A stretch of DNA of 64,000 bases from an uncultured Gammaproteobacteria bacterium (GCA_964416505.1 CAYQEJ010000001.1:146363-210362); one strand, 5' to 3'; counted from the first letter of the stretch, positions 28,433 through 38,715 are shown. The notes: a model not told the origin generated them from the letters alone. A program made the numbers and translations.

Positions 28433-30115
28433 TTATTCATCTGGTGGTAAACCATAGTATGAAAATAAACCTTGGGCAATTCCAAAAAATATAGGTGCAG
28501 CAGTTTCTGCACCGTAAATTCTAGCAGTTGGACGGTCTAAAATCACTAACATAATAAATTTAGGATCATTCGCTGGAGCAAAACCTATAAAAGAAGCTAT
28601 TGTCTTATTTGGATCATAATGTCCCTCAACGGGAATTGATGCAGTACCAGTTTTACCTGCTACACGATAACCCTTTATCCTAGCCCATTGCGCCTCTCCT
28701 TTATTTACTGCATTTACCAGAACTTCTGTCATAACTTTTGCAGTAGCACTAGAAATTGGCCTTCCCAATTCTTTCGGAGGGATTTTCGTAACCTTTCCAT
28801 TTTCATCAATTACCGAATTAACTACGTGAGGTTCCATCATTATGCCTTTATTTGCTATAGATGCAAATGCTGATAAAAGCTCAATTGGTGTCACTGATAT
28901 TCCTTGACCGAATCCTGTTGTAGCAAGATCGACAGCATACCAATTTTCTTTAGATTTAATTTCGGATGTTACCTCACCTTGTAAGTCAATTCCCGTAAGC
29001 TTCCCAATTCCAAACTTGTTTATATATTTAATCATTCGATCTAGACCTAGCTTTTGCGCTGCATAAACCATACCAGTATTATCTGAATGCTGAATCACTT
29101 CAAGCATTGTCGAATTTGCCCTATATTCATCATTCCAGGTGTGAAGATCATATCCTCCTACGCTCACTGGTCCTGCACAAATTGGACATTTGGAAGCTGG
29201 AGTTAAAAGTTTTTCATTAAATGCTGCAGACATTACCAAAGGCTTAAAAGTAGAACCAGGCTCATATAAACTTGAGATAAAAGTATTTTTGTATAAATCG
29301 CTAGAATACTCTTCATATTTTGCCGGATCAAATGTAGGAAAGTTGGCCATCGCTAGGATTGACCCTGTCTTAGGATCCATTACAGCAACCATTCCTCCTG
29401 CGGCTCCATACCTCTCAATTCCTTCTTTAAGTTTTTTTTCAGCTAAATACTGAATTGAACGATCTACATTAAGCGTTAGACTAGAGCCATCTACTCCAAA
29501 AGATTTACTATTATCTACTCTAGCTAAAATAGGACGTCCGATTGCATCATGAATTTGAACTGCTGAACCCTGTTTCCCTTTTAAAAGCCTATCGTAATAT
29601 CCTTCTAACCCAGAATAACCCTTGGAGCTTCCATTCTCATCCTTTCCAACAAATCCCAAAAGACTTGCAGCCATGGAAGCTTCTGGATAATATCTCTCAA
29701 ATTGTTTTTCGAATCCAAGTCCTAGTATTTCTTGGTTTTCGATTTTATCCTTTATTTCCGAATTAACTCCATGAGCAATTGGAACCCAGAAAAGATCCTG
29801 ATCAAGCGATGCGCTAACTGATGCCTCATCAAGCCCAAGAGTTTGAGAAAGCATTCTAGAAGTTGATAGTTTATCTTTTAACTCCTTAGGATTTGCGTAT
29901 AAAAGATAAGTTATTTTGTTGGCGGCCAAAGGAAATCCATCTGATGCATTTATCTCACCTCTTACTGGTTCAATTTTTAAAGACTTCCCATACTGAATCT
30001 TTCCTAAGGTTGAAAGCTCCTCTGCTTTTACAACCTGCCAGTAAAAAAGGCGGAGGATAATTATTCCAAAAATCAGAATGAAAAAAAGAAGAACAGTTCT
30101 TTGTCTATTAATCAT
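28433..30115 (-). CDS. ftsI: penicillin-binding protein transpeptidase FtsI (class B PBP)
   Basis: N-terminal TM helix. STFK (SxxK), SDN and KTGT motifs. Confidence 0.85.
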   Translation of the reverse strand: MINRQRTVLLFFILIFGIIILRLFYWQVVKAEELSTLGKIQYGKSLKIEPVRGEINASDGFPLAANKITYLLYANPKELKDKLSTSRMLSQTLGLDEASVSASLDQDLFWVPIAHGVNSEIKDKIENQEILGLGFEKQFERYYPEASMAASLLGFVGKDENGSSKGYSGLEGYYDRLLKGKQGSAVQIHDAIGRPILARVDNSKSFGVDGSSLTLNVDRSIQYLAEKKLKEGIERYGAAGGMVAVMDPKTGSILAMANFPTFDPAKYEEYSSDLYKNTFISSLYEPGSTFKPLVMSAAFNEKLLTPASKCPICAGPVSVGGYDLHTWNDEYRANSTMLEVIQHSDNTGMVYAAQKLGLDRMIKYINKFGIGKLTGIDLQGEVTSEIKSKENWYAVDLATTGFGQGISVTPIELLSAFASIANKGIMMEPHVVNSVIDENGKVTKIPPKELGRPISSATAKVMTEVLVNAVNKGEAQWARIKGYRVAGKTGTASIPVEGHYDPNKTIASFIGFAPANDPKFIMLVILDRPTARIYGAETAAPIFFGIAQGLFSYYGLPPDE

Positions 30116-30396
30116 CGAAGAGCTGCGATTGGTTTTGACTTTGTTAGGGCAAAATTAGATTTGCCATCTACAAGTCCAATTCTAGCAGCTTCTGATGCTA
30201 CATATGTAAGCGAAGAGAGTGCGAATATTTTTTCTCTAAGTATTACGTTTTCTGTTTTATATTTAGTGAGCTCATCCTGAGTTTTTCCTAAAGCTACACC
30301 TTTTGTAGATATTTTATTTGAAATAGCAGTTCTAGTTATAAAAAGCCCAACTATTACTAATATTAATATTGTTAAGACTAAAATAGGTTTTTTCAT
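30112..30396 (-). CDS. ftsL: cell division protein FtsL-like
   Basis: 94 aa with a TM helix and a coiled-coil region. Sits between rsmH and ftsI with 4-nt overlaps on both sides. Confidence 0.5.
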   Translation of the reverse strand: MKKPILVLTILILVIVGLFITRTAISNKISTKGVALGKTQDELTKYKTENVILREKIFALSSLTYVASEAARIGLVDGKSNFALTKSKPIAALR

Positions 30397-31283
30397 TTTA
30401 ATTCAAATATTCTTAGCTTTGCACTTTTACTTCTTCCATTTTCAATAATCTCTTCTTCAGTAGGAAGAATTGGTTTTTTAGTAATTACTCTTCCATATCC
30501 TTTATCTTCAAACATTAAAAACATTTTTTTAACAATTCTATCCTCTAATGAATGAAAGGTTATAACTACTATTCTTCCCCCGCTTTCTAATAAAGAGAGC
30601 GCCTTGGGAAGTGATTCCTCTATACTTCCTATCTCATCGTTTATCGCAATTCTTAATGCCTGGAATACTCTTTTTCCCGCTGTTGCTCTTGCAAAATCAT
30701 TTATTGTTCTGAACCCATAAACCGTTGCTAAAGTTAGTGTTAAATCATCAGTTGTTTGAAAAGGAGTTATCTTTCTTCTCTTAATTATCATGTCTGCGAT
30801 TTTATTTGCATTTGTCTCTTCACTATAATTTCTAAATAACTCCACGAGCTCCTGTTTTCCTAAAGCGTTAACTAAATCACTTGCCTTAACTCCAAGACCC
30901 TGGTCCATCCTCATATCCAGAGGCCCAGACTTAATGTATGAAAACCCTCGTGAAGGATTGTCAATCTGATGTGAAGATAATCCTAAATCAAAAATAATAC
31001 CATTTACTTTTCCGAAACTCTTAGCAAATTCATCTATTCTCCTAAAGTTCCCTCTAGCTAAGGTTAAAATGCCTTTTTTGATTTCATCCGCATACTTTTC
31101 ACTTGCAGCAGTAATTGCATCTTGATCCTGATCAATCCCAAGCACGAATCCCCCATTTTTCAGAATAAGACTTGCATGACCACCACCGCCAAATGTAGCG
31201 TCAATGTATTTATTGCCGCTTTCAACATTTAAAGCTTCTATGCTTTCTTCTAAAAGTACACTTTTATGGTAATAATTCATCAT
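30393..31283 (-). CDS. rsmH: 16S rRNA (cytosine1402-N4)-methyltransferase RsmH (MraW)
   Basis: HKSVLLEE, DATFGGGGHA and FDLGLSSHQ motifs. Confidence 0.9.
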   Translation of the reverse strand: MMNYYHKSVLLEESIEALNVESGNKYIDATFGGGGHASLILKNGGFVLGIDQDQDAITAASEKYADEIKKGILTLARGNFRRIDEFAKSFGKVNGIIFDLGLSSHQIDNPSRGFSYIKSGPLDMRMDQGLGVKASDLVNALGKQELVELFRNYSEETNANKIADMIIKRRKITPFQTTDDLTLTLATVYGFRTINDFARATAGKRVFQALRIAINDEIGSIEESLPKALSLLESGGRIVVITFHSLEDRIVKKMFLMFEDKGYGRVITKKPILPTEEEIIENGRSKSAKLRIFELK

Positions 31284-31704
31284 TTTTAGACAGTTTCTTA
31301 GTTAATGGCTCAATTTCTTCTTCTAGTTTTTTGTTATGCTCTTCCCAAGTTTTCGTATCCCAAATTTGCACATATCTCATAATTCCTAACTGAGTAACCG
31401 ATTCTTTTAAGTTTGCGAATCTTTTTAAATATTCAGGCAAAATAAATCTTCCTTTCTCATCCAGTTTAACTTCTACTGCATTTCCCAAAAGAAATCTCTC
31501 AATCTCTCTTGCTTCTTTATTTATGATCGGTTTTCCTTTTGTTCCTTCAAGCAGAAGATCAAACTGTTTTTGCGATATAACTATCAAAGAGCTTTCAAAT
31601 CCTCTAGTAACAATCAGATTGTCACCAAGTTCTTCACGAAATTTCTTAGGAAATGAAATTCTATTTTTATCATCAATTTTACTATCAATCCTGCCTATTA
31701 ACAT
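31264..31704 (-). CDS. mraZ: transcriptional regulator MraZ
   Basis: MLIGRIDSKIDDKNRISFPKKF... gives two DxxxR-type MraZ half-domains. ATG at 31702-31704. The track ORF extends to an upstream TTG. Confidence 0.85.
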   Translation of the reverse strand: MLIGRIDSKIDDKNRISFPKKFREELGDNLIVTRGFESSLIVISQKQFDLLLEGTKGKPIINKEAREIERFLLGNAVEVKLDEKGRFILPEYLKRFANLKESVTQLGIMRYVQIWDTKTWEEHNKKLEEEIEPLTKKLSKNDELLP

Positions 31705-31733
31705 ATCTGCCTGTAAGTTCAAAGTGTATCAAT

Positions 31734-31753
31734 TGTCCCACTTTGTCCCACTT
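31734..31753 (-). promoter_or_regulatory. MraZ-box operator: tandem 10-bp repeats AAGTGGGACA x2 (GTGGG core, 10-bp period) ~30 bp upstream of mraZ
   Basis: The plus strand reads tgtcccactt tgtcccactt. E. coli MraZ binds GTGGG direct repeats spaced 10 bp apart in its own promoter. Confidence 0.5.
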
Positions 31754-31898
31754 TGAACTATGTTTTAATTGTGCCTGAATCGCTGAATTGTGTCAAGGGG
31801 CATTTCACAAAATTAGTGTTAAAAATGAAGAATAAACGCTATATTAAGTAGGCTTATAATAATTTATTACAAAATTATATTTTTGAAGTAAACGAAGA

Positions 31899-32390
31899 TT
31901 AAAGTTTTACTATTTTTTCAACCTGATAGTCTTTTCCATCTTTCTTTGTAACTTTAAGAGTTATTGTAATATCAGAAACTACATTGTCATATCTACATTT
32001 TCCGGCTGAACAAGTACCAAATTCTCTATAATCTGTTTTTGTAATTCCGTCCTCTGCGATATTCATTTCTCCAAATATTCCTTGATTCGCAACTCCTTCA
32101 TCTGTCTGGGCTTCATATTCAATCGTATATTCAACTTTTCTTATATCATCAGCTTTAGCTAACTCAAACATAACAGCTTTATTGTCACTTCTAAGATTTA
32201 CTTTCATTCCAATATCTTCAGGGGTTAATTTAGGAAGATCGGAGGTTTGCATCATCCCATCATCCTCTTTAGTACTAGAAGATCCTTTATTTACAAACAA
32301 AACTCCACCAATCACTAAGACAATCACTAGAAGTGCTGAAATAATAGCAACAATTTTTTTATTTTTAAGTTTATCCACTGAAACTAGCAT
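31899..32390 (-). CDS. membrane-anchored hypothetical protein (163 aa)
   Basis: N-terminal TM helix followed by a soluble domain with one CxxxxC. Confidence 0.4.
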   Translation of the reverse strand: MLVSVDKLKNKKIVAIISALLVIVLVIGGVLFVNKGSSSTKEDDGMMQTSDLPKLTPEDIGMKVNLRSDNKAVMFELAKADDIRKVEYTIEYEAQTDEGVANQGIFGEMNIAEDGITKTDYREFGTCSAGKCRYDNVVSDITITLKVTKKDGKDYQVEKIVKL

Positions 32391-32456
32391 AAACGAATTT
32401 TCTCTTCTTTGTCAAGATTTCGCAAGGCCTGGCCTTGCGAGGCTAGAGCTATAAGC

Positions 32457-32960
32457 CTAAGCAGCTTTACGCCTCAACCTAGCTTGAGCAATTAAAGCAT
32501 TATGCGCTCTTCTCTCTTCAGATCTAACATCGGGGGTAGGAAAAAAACGTGGAAATACACTGGGCGCGCGATCAATTGCTTCCTGACCCTTATAAAGAGC
32601 ATCTCCAACAACTAACTCTGCTTCTCCTCTAATTCTCCCAAAATCATTTAGAGAATGAGAAATTTGAAAAAAAAGACTATTTTCACCCTCAACCAATGTC
32701 ATAGCATCGTCAGGGAAAAAATCTGGATCTGTATCCCTAAATGAATCTGAGTAACCATATGATTTTCCACCCTCATCAAAAAAAACCATATCTGGATATG
32801 GCTCCCCTGAAAGACTACCTATAGCTGGTGTTGAGATTGCTGTAAATGCAGGAGGATAATTACCCAATCTTCTTCCCAAATCTTCCATTGCCTCCTCTAC
32901 AACGACTCCAAAAGGAATGTCTCTAACATCTGGAGAAATGGCAGGTAAGTCTTCAGGCAT
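32457..32960 (-). CDS. acidic hypothetical protein (167 aa), translationally coupled to glyQS
   Basis: Its start overlaps the glyQS stop by 1 nt. D/E/P-rich. No TM helix and no recognisable domain. Confidence 0.4.
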   Translation of the reverse strand: MPEDLPAISPDVRDIPFGVVVEEAMEDLGRRLGNYPPAFTAISTPAIGSLSGEPYPDMVFFDEGGKSYGYSDSFRDTDPDFFPDDAMTLVEGENSLFFQISHSLNDFGRIRGEAELVVGDALYKGQEAIDRAPSVFPRFFPTPDVRSEERRAHNALIAQARLRRKAA

Positions 32961-34342
32961 TATTTTAATTTTTCTTCAATATAATTGGATATTTCTGAAA
33001 TCTCAATTCTTTCTTGGGTAGCAGTATCTCGATCCCTGATAGTTACAGTGTTGTCTTCTAAAGTTTGAAAATCTATGGTTATGCAGTAAGGAGTTCCAGC
33101 TTCATCCTGTGATAAATATCTTTTCCCAATATTTCCCCTATCATCCCATGCTACATTGAATTCTCTCTTTAGATTATCGAAGATACCACGAGCTTTCTCA
33201 ACCAATTCTGGTTTATTTGCAAGAAGCGGAAATATAGCAGCTTTGTAGGGAGCAATTTTAGGATTTAATTTAAGTAGTGATCTATTTTCCTCTTCCGAGT
33301 AAGAATCAAGAAGAAGCATAAGCATTAGTCTGCCAAAACTAACAGCCGGCTCAATAACATGAGGTGTAATCTTTTCATTAGTATTCGGATCCATAATGGA
33401 AAGATCTTTTTTAGATACTTCTGAATGCTTTGTAAGATCATAATTAGTTCTATATGCAAGCCCCCACAACTCCTTAAAACCAAATGGGAAATTATATTCC
33501 ATGTCTTCTGTTCTTTTACTATAAAAGGATCTTTCGCGATCATCATGCTCTCTCCATTTTAAATTCTCTTCTTTAACACCAAGCTCTTTAATTAAAAATT
33601 CAGTTATTCTTTCTTTCCATTCGTTAAAAATTTCCTCCCAATTAGATCTATTGGGATCGAAGAAATACTCAATTTCTCCTTGCTCGAATTCAATAGTTCT
33701 AAAAATTGAGTTTCCCGGAGTTATCTCATTCCTGAAGCTTTTTCCAATTTGTCCAATTCCAAACGGAAGCTTGACGCGTGTCGAATCTATAACATTTTTA
33801 AAATTAATAAATATTCCTTGTGCAGTTTCCCCTCTAAGATACGCCTGGCCTTGCTCGCCTTCGACAATCCCTAATTGCACAGGAAATAAAAGATTAAATT
33901 TTCTAACCTTTGTCCAGTCTCTTTTACCACAAACTGGACATTTTATTTCATTTTCATCAATAATCCCATCTAGCTCTTCAGGACTTAATCCCTCTACTGA
34001 TTTTTTTTCATTTTTTTTCTCAAAATATCCTTCAATTAAATGATCTGCACGCATTCTAGCCTTACAATTTCGGCAATCAATCATTGCATCAGCAAAACTA
34101 GCGGTATGCCCTGATGCCTCCCAAACCTTATGATGCGAAATTATACTTGAATCTAGCCCAACCATATCAGAATGATCCTGAATGAAATATTTCCACCAAA
34201 GATTTCTTAAATTTCTTAAAAGCTCTGCACCCAAAGGACCGTAGTCATAGCTATTTGCAAGTCCACCGTAAATTTCACTTCCCTGGTAAATAAAACCTCG
34301 TCTTTTAGAAAGTGCTACTACTTTCTCCATTAATCCTTCCAT
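32960..34342 (-). CDS. glyQS: glycyl-tRNA synthetase, dimeric class II type
   Basis: RRGFIYQGSEIYGGLANSYDYGPLGAEL N-terminus. Class II motifs and an anticodon-binding C-terminus. Confidence 0.9.
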   Translation of the reverse strand: MEGLMEKVVALSKRRGFIYQGSEIYGGLANSYDYGPLGAELLRNLRNLWWKYFIQDHSDMVGLDSSIISHHKVWEASGHTASFADAMIDCRNCKARMRADHLIEGYFEKKNEKKSVEGLSPEELDGIIDENEIKCPVCGKRDWTKVRKFNLLFPVQLGIVEGEQGQAYLRGETAQGIFINFKNVIDSTRVKLPFGIGQIGKSFRNEITPGNSIFRTIEFEQGEIEYFFDPNRSNWEEIFNEWKERITEFLIKELGVKEENLKWREHDDRERSFYSKRTEDMEYNFPFGFKELWGLAYRTNYDLTKHSEVSKKDLSIMDPNTNEKITPHVIEPAVSFGRLMLMLLLDSYSEEENRSLLKLNPKIAPYKAAIFPLLANKPELVEKARGIFDNLKREFNVAWDDRGNIGKRYLSQDEAGTPYCITIDFQTLEDNTVTIRDRDTATQERIEISEISNYIEEKLK

Positions 34343-34374
34343 ATCGCAATAATAGCAAAAAAGAGGCTATAAAA

Positions 34375-34911
34375 CTAGAAGATTTGGGGAATTATTCTTT
34401 TTGTTTTAATTTTCTTCTCCATTATATCTTCTATAAAACTTTCAGAATCTTCTACAAATACTTGCTCCTTAGGCCAAAATCCTAAAAGAATAATTAGTTC
34501 CTGTTCAAACCTTTTAATTCTTTTTCTAGGATCATTTTCAATCTCTAAGTCATACAAAACCTCCTGTAACAAATGGAATGCTGCTCTATTCTCCTGATGC
34601 TCTGCCAAGAGCCCATCTACAAGCTCACACACATAAAAAGCATAACCCGCACGTGTTAAATCTGATTTCAAAGAAGAGTAATGACTTATTGTCTCTACCT
34701 CTGTAAGAATAGGCATTCTACCTTCATGACAATTAATAACGCTTAAGTTTAGAAGCTCTATGTGAGAAGCGCGTCTGCTTGAAATTTTCCTAACACCTTT
34801 AGCGAGTACAGAAATTTTACCTTTATTTTTAGTGAGGACTGTTAGAATTCTATCTGCTTCACCGTAGTTCTTTCTCTTAATTATTATTCCTTCTGTTTTA
34901 AAGGACCGCAT
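34375..34911 (-). CDS. recO: DNA repair protein RecO (short form)
   Basis: N-terminal OB-fold GIIIKRKNYGEADRILTVLT is typical of RecO. 178 aa. Confidence 0.65.
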   Translation of the reverse strand: MRSFKTEGIIIKRKNYGEADRILTVLTKNKGKISVLAKGVRKISSRRASHIELLNLSVINCHEGRMPILTEVETISHYSSLKSDLTRAGYAFYVCELVDGLLAEHQENRAAFHLLQEVLYDLEIENDPRKRIKRFEQELIILLGFWPKEQVFVEDSESFIEDIMEKKIKTKRIIPQIF

Positions 34912-34912
34912 A

Positions 34913-36889
34913 TTACAAGTCTAGCTCTAAAGTTTTATCCTGGTCAAGAATGAATTTATTCTTGGTCTTTCCATTAACCATGATTGTGTACTCATCCTCA
35001 GCTGTTCCAGGTTGTTTCTGAATCAAGAAAGGCAAAGGAGAATTCTTTTCTACTTTAAAGGGAAGCGTATATTCCAAAGTAAGCTTTGCAATTCCTTGAG
35101 GACGAACTGTAAGAAAACCTTCAAAAACTGTCTTATCAAAATCCTCATAAGTACTCATTTTAACTTCTGATCCAGTAGAATCCTTTAATTTACTTCCTTT
35201 TGGAACATAAACCCTAAACCAGTTTCTCCAGGGAGCATTAAGACAAAGAGAATTTTCTGCTTCTAAATTACAATTCGAAGGAGCATGTGTATTCTTATAA
35301 TTCACCGTTACTTTTTTAGTAATTACTCCATTTCCGCCGACTGTATATTCTTGATCAACATTTTGATCAACGAATAAATTAGATTTTGCACCTCCAAAAT
35401 TTGCTTCATTTAGATAGAAATAATCGCCATCAAAACTTCTAATTTGACCGGTTGCATTGACTGCAGCTAAACCTTTCATAGCTTCCTTGTTTTCAAGACT
35501 GAATAAAATATGCTTTTGTGCGATTTGAGTAAACATAGCCTGCATTAATGGACCCCAGTACTGCTTTGGCGAAGACTTAAACGCCTTATCCATAATTGCA
35601 TACATCAAATCTCCAATAATGCTTTTTCTATCCGGTCTTATATACTGAACCCTGATCCCTGCAAATTCCTCCAACTCATAAATTACCTGCGGGCAATCAC
35701 ATCTCGGATCATTCTTAGTGGTATAGGTTGTAGATCCAACTTGAATATCTCCTAGAATATTCATAGCTGCAACCAAAGCTTGTGTATCAATAGCTATAAT
35801 TCCATCCACATCCGTTGAACCACCCGCCTCATCATAAAGCTCTCTAAATTTATCCATAGATTTTTGAAAATCAGGAGACAAATTGCTGTCTCTAAGATTT
35901 AAAACAGGAACTTTTGGTAAATATTTAAGAATTGGCTCAGGTGCTTTTTCTTTATTAGAAATAGTTGCATCTAAAACATAAATATCTTCAGATTTATCTA
36001 CATGAATTACGCCCTTGTTAATTCTGAAAATTGCATATGCAGTTAAGAATCCACCAGTAGGTCTGAGTTCTTTATCATTCTGGAAAAGAATAAGATATTT
36101 TTTTTCATCTGGTTCACCCAAAAGACTTGGCAAAACTTTTATAAAAGGACTTGCGTCATCAATAAATTTAGTTCCGTCATCAGAAAGAGTTCTTAAAGTT
36201 TTCATTCCATTTTTTACTTTTCCACCCGCAATAAATCCTGGGTAATCATTTGGATTTACATAAGCAATCTCTTTCTGAGCCAACTTAAGTGATTTTGAGA
36301 TTTCATCTATTTTAGGAGTTACCTTTCCCATAGTTTTTACCGCAGTTTCAATCCTTTGCTCTGCGCTTCCACCACTAAAAGTACCCTGACCTTTAAGACC
36401 TAATACGTCAGCATAAGGCTCAACAGATTTAACAAAAGTATCAGCTGCATCTAATCCATAAAAACCTGCATTCACTAAATGCCTTGCATCGTTATAATAA
36501 ATATTTGGTCCTGGAATAAACCTCATCACAAATAAAAGATTTAATTTTCTTTGAGTATCTTTAAGAGCAATCCTCGTCTTCTTAAGCTCTTTATCTGTTT
36601 GCTCAATATCCTGTTTCTTCAAAGCATCCATAGTGGCATTTACCTGAGCATAAGTTTTTTTAGCTGACAGATAAGTTAAGAAACCAGGAATTATTATCAG
36701 GATTACAAAAACAATAAGAATTACCCCTGCCACAATTCCGATTTTTCTGTTTTTAAATTTGCCAAATTTACCAAGGTTTGAAAACCTCGAACTTTTTAGT
36801 GAAGTTTGCGTTGGGATATTCTCTTTAGGGGCCTCCGATTCCTTTTTAGGTAAAGGTGTGCTCAATTCGATTTTCTCGAATCCATCCAT
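34913..36889 (-). CDS. membrane-anchored large extracytoplasmic protein (658 aa), function unknown
   Basis: One TM helix near residue 50, then ~600 aa outside. Sits at the boundary between housekeeping genes and the glycan locus. Confidence 0.45.
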   Translation of the reverse strand: MDGFEKIELSTPLPKKESEAPKENIPTQTSLKSSRFSNLGKFGKFKNRKIGIVAGVILIVFVILIIIPGFLTYLSAKKTYAQVNATMDALKKQDIEQTDKELKKTRIALKDTQRKLNLLFVMRFIPGPNIYYNDARHLVNAGFYGLDAADTFVKSVEPYADVLGLKGQGTFSGGSAEQRIETAVKTMGKVTPKIDEISKSLKLAQKEIAYVNPNDYPGFIAGGKVKNGMKTLRTLSDDGTKFIDDASPFIKVLPSLLGEPDEKKYLILFQNDKELRPTGGFLTAYAIFRINKGVIHVDKSEDIYVLDATISNKEKAPEPILKYLPKVPVLNLRDSNLSPDFQKSMDKFRELYDEAGGSTDVDGIIAIDTQALVAAMNILGDIQVGSTTYTTKNDPRCDCPQVIYELEEFAGIRVQYIRPDRKSIIGDLMYAIMDKAFKSSPKQYWGPLMQAMFTQIAQKHILFSLENKEAMKGLAAVNATGQIRSFDGDYFYLNEANFGGAKSNLFVDQNVDQEYTVGGNGVITKKVTVNYKNTHAPSNCNLEAENSLCLNAPWRNWFRVYVPKGSKLKDSTGSEVKMSTYEDFDKTVFEGFLTVRPQGIAKLTLEYTLPFKVEKNSPLPFLIQKQPGTAEDEYTIMVNGKTKNKFILDQDKTLELDL

Positions 36890-36969
36890 TTATATATGAT
36901 ACTAGTTAGAATCTTCAGATGTCAAATCTTCCACATTGCTTAAAATCATGAAATTAGAAGGCTAAAAAG

Positions 36970-37635
36970 CTATAATGCGCCTTTTCCAGAGATCATCGCA
37001 CCTGGAGTCTTAAAAATTATCGAAAGATCATATATAACAGATCTTTTCTTTACATACTGCGCATCCATCTTTATTCTTTTATCGAAATTAATTTCTGATC
37101 TTCCTGATACCTGCCAAAATCCTGTTACCCCTGGGCGAACCGAAAGCACCACTTTCACATCTTCCCGGGTTTCGGGATATCTGATCTGTTGTTCACGAAG
37201 TTCATCGGGATAATAAGCCCGTGGCCCCACAAGACTCATCTCTCCTTTTAAAATATTAAAAAATTGTGGCACTTCATCCAAAGAATGTTTTCGAATAAAA
37301 TGACCCACATTTGTTATTCTTGGATCGTCTTTTAATTTATAACTTCCTTTTTTATAATCTTTATAAAGTTCTGCGAATTTAGGATTTTCCCTGAGAAGCT
37401 CATGGGCATTCTCAATCATCGAACGAAACTTATACATCTTAAATGGTTTCCCGTTTTTTCCAACTCTTTCGGGAGTATCAGCCAGAATTGGTCCTTTCGA
37501 ATCAATTTTTATAGCAATAGCAACAATTAAGATTATGGGTGAAAAAATTGCAATAAGAATAATTGAGAAAGCTATATCAATTGTTCTTTTTAAAACCTCG
37601 TATATAAAACTTTTTTTTACTTCAATAATTGGCAT
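36970..37635 (-). CDS. polyprenyl-phosphate phosphoglycosyl transferase (bacterial sugar transferase, WbaP/PglC-type small PGT)
   Basis: TM helix + KFRSM, SLVGPRA and PGVTGFWQV motifs. Confidence 0.85.
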   Translation of the reverse strand: MPIIEVKKSFIYEVLKRTIDIAFSIILIAIFSPIILIVAIAIKIDSKGPILADTPERVGKNGKPFKMYKFRSMIENAHELLRENPKFAELYKDYKKGSYKLKDDPRITNVGHFIRKHSLDEVPQFFNILKGEMSLVGPRAYYPDELREQQIRYPETREDVKVVLSVRPGVTGFWQVSGRSEINFDKRIKMDAQYVKKRSVIYDLSIIFKTPGAMISGKGAL

Positions 37636-37641
37636 AGGAAA

Positions 37642-38715
37642 TTAAGTCAAATGCTCATGGGGAGTACCTGCCAGACTCTCAACCAATTTTTTGATTTTCG
37701 GAACAGAAGTCTTAGGACAAATCAAAACAACATCGGGGGTATTAATAACAAGCATTTCAGAGAGATCTATTCCCACAGTAAGCTGATTCGTATAATTAAA
37801 CACGAGACTGTCTCTTGAATCCTCAACCATTACTTTTCCTTTAGTAACATTTTCATCTATATTTTCGCTCAACGCTTCCTTTAAAGCTTCCCAAGCACCT
37901 ATATCACTCCATCCAATATCAACTGATATTACAAATATTTTTGAAGTGGTAAACTTCTCGAGTATTGCATCATCAAAACTTATCTTCTCAAGGGTTGGAT
38001 AAATATCGGCAAGACTTTTCTCATAATCAGAAGATTCTACGATTTTCATCAAATTTTCATACATGTCTGGAACATGTTTTTCAAATTTTTGTAAAAGGAA
38101 TTTTGGGGTAGTTACAAAATATCCCAAATTCCATACATAATGAGAATCTCCATAAAAATCTTCCGCCTGAGAAAGCTTAGGACGATACTTAAGTTTTTTA
38201 AATTCTAAAACAGCAAGACCATTTTTATCAGAAACTTTTTCACCACATTGAATCCATCCTACATTTTGATTAGCAAATCTTGGTTTTTGTCCAATAAAAA
38301 CAAAATCGGCTTCTCCATCAGTTATGGATTTCTCAGCAATTCGCAGTGCTTTTTGAAAAATTCCAATTTCTTTTACCATATGATCACTCCAGATTATTGC
38401 CATAGGCTCATCAGGACTGATCTTATTTAAAATTGCAGTTGTTAATCCAATGGCAGGACCCACGTCCCTCATCTCTGGTTCGAAAATAAAATTATCACGA
38501 GGAATTTCTGGTAATTGATCCATTACAATATCTTTGTATCTTGCTCCCGTAGCAATATATATATCACCAGGATTAAACTCAGGCTGAAGTCTTGAAACAG
38601 CCTCTTGAAGAGTAGACTTATCTCCTATTAATTTTCCAAACTGTTTTGGTGTGTTTTTTCGTGAGAGCGGCCACAATCTTGTTCCCACTCCTCCTGCAAA
38701 AATTACTACCTTCAT
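37642..38715 (-). CDS. manC: mannose-1-phosphate guanylyltransferase (ManC/GMP-type NDP-sugar pyrophosphorylase)
   Basis: IFAGGVGTRLWPLSR N-terminal signature. Confidence 0.8.
   Translation of the reverse strand: MKVVIFAGGVGTRLWPLSRKNTPKQFGKLIGDKSTLQEAVSRLQPEFNPGDIYIATGARYKDIVMDQLPEIPRDNFIFEPEMRDVGPAIGLTTAILNKISPDEPMAIIWSDHMVKEIGIFQKALRIAEKSITDGEADFVFIGQKPRFANQNVGWIQCGEKVSDKNGLAVLEFKKLKYRPKLSQAEDFYGDSHYVWNLGYFVTTPKFLLQKFEKHVPDMYENLMKIVESSDYEKSLADIYPTLEKISFDDAILEKFTTSKIFVISVDIGWSDIGAWEALKEALSENIDENVTKGKVMVEDSRDSLVFNYTNQLTVGIDLSEMLVINTPDVVLICPKTSVPKIKKLVESLAGTPHEHLT

Noticed and set aside
33325-34043. Small ORFs on both strands inside glyQS
   Set aside because: They sit in frames overlapping or antisense to the glycyl-tRNA synthetase gene. 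They show no start context or conservation logic.
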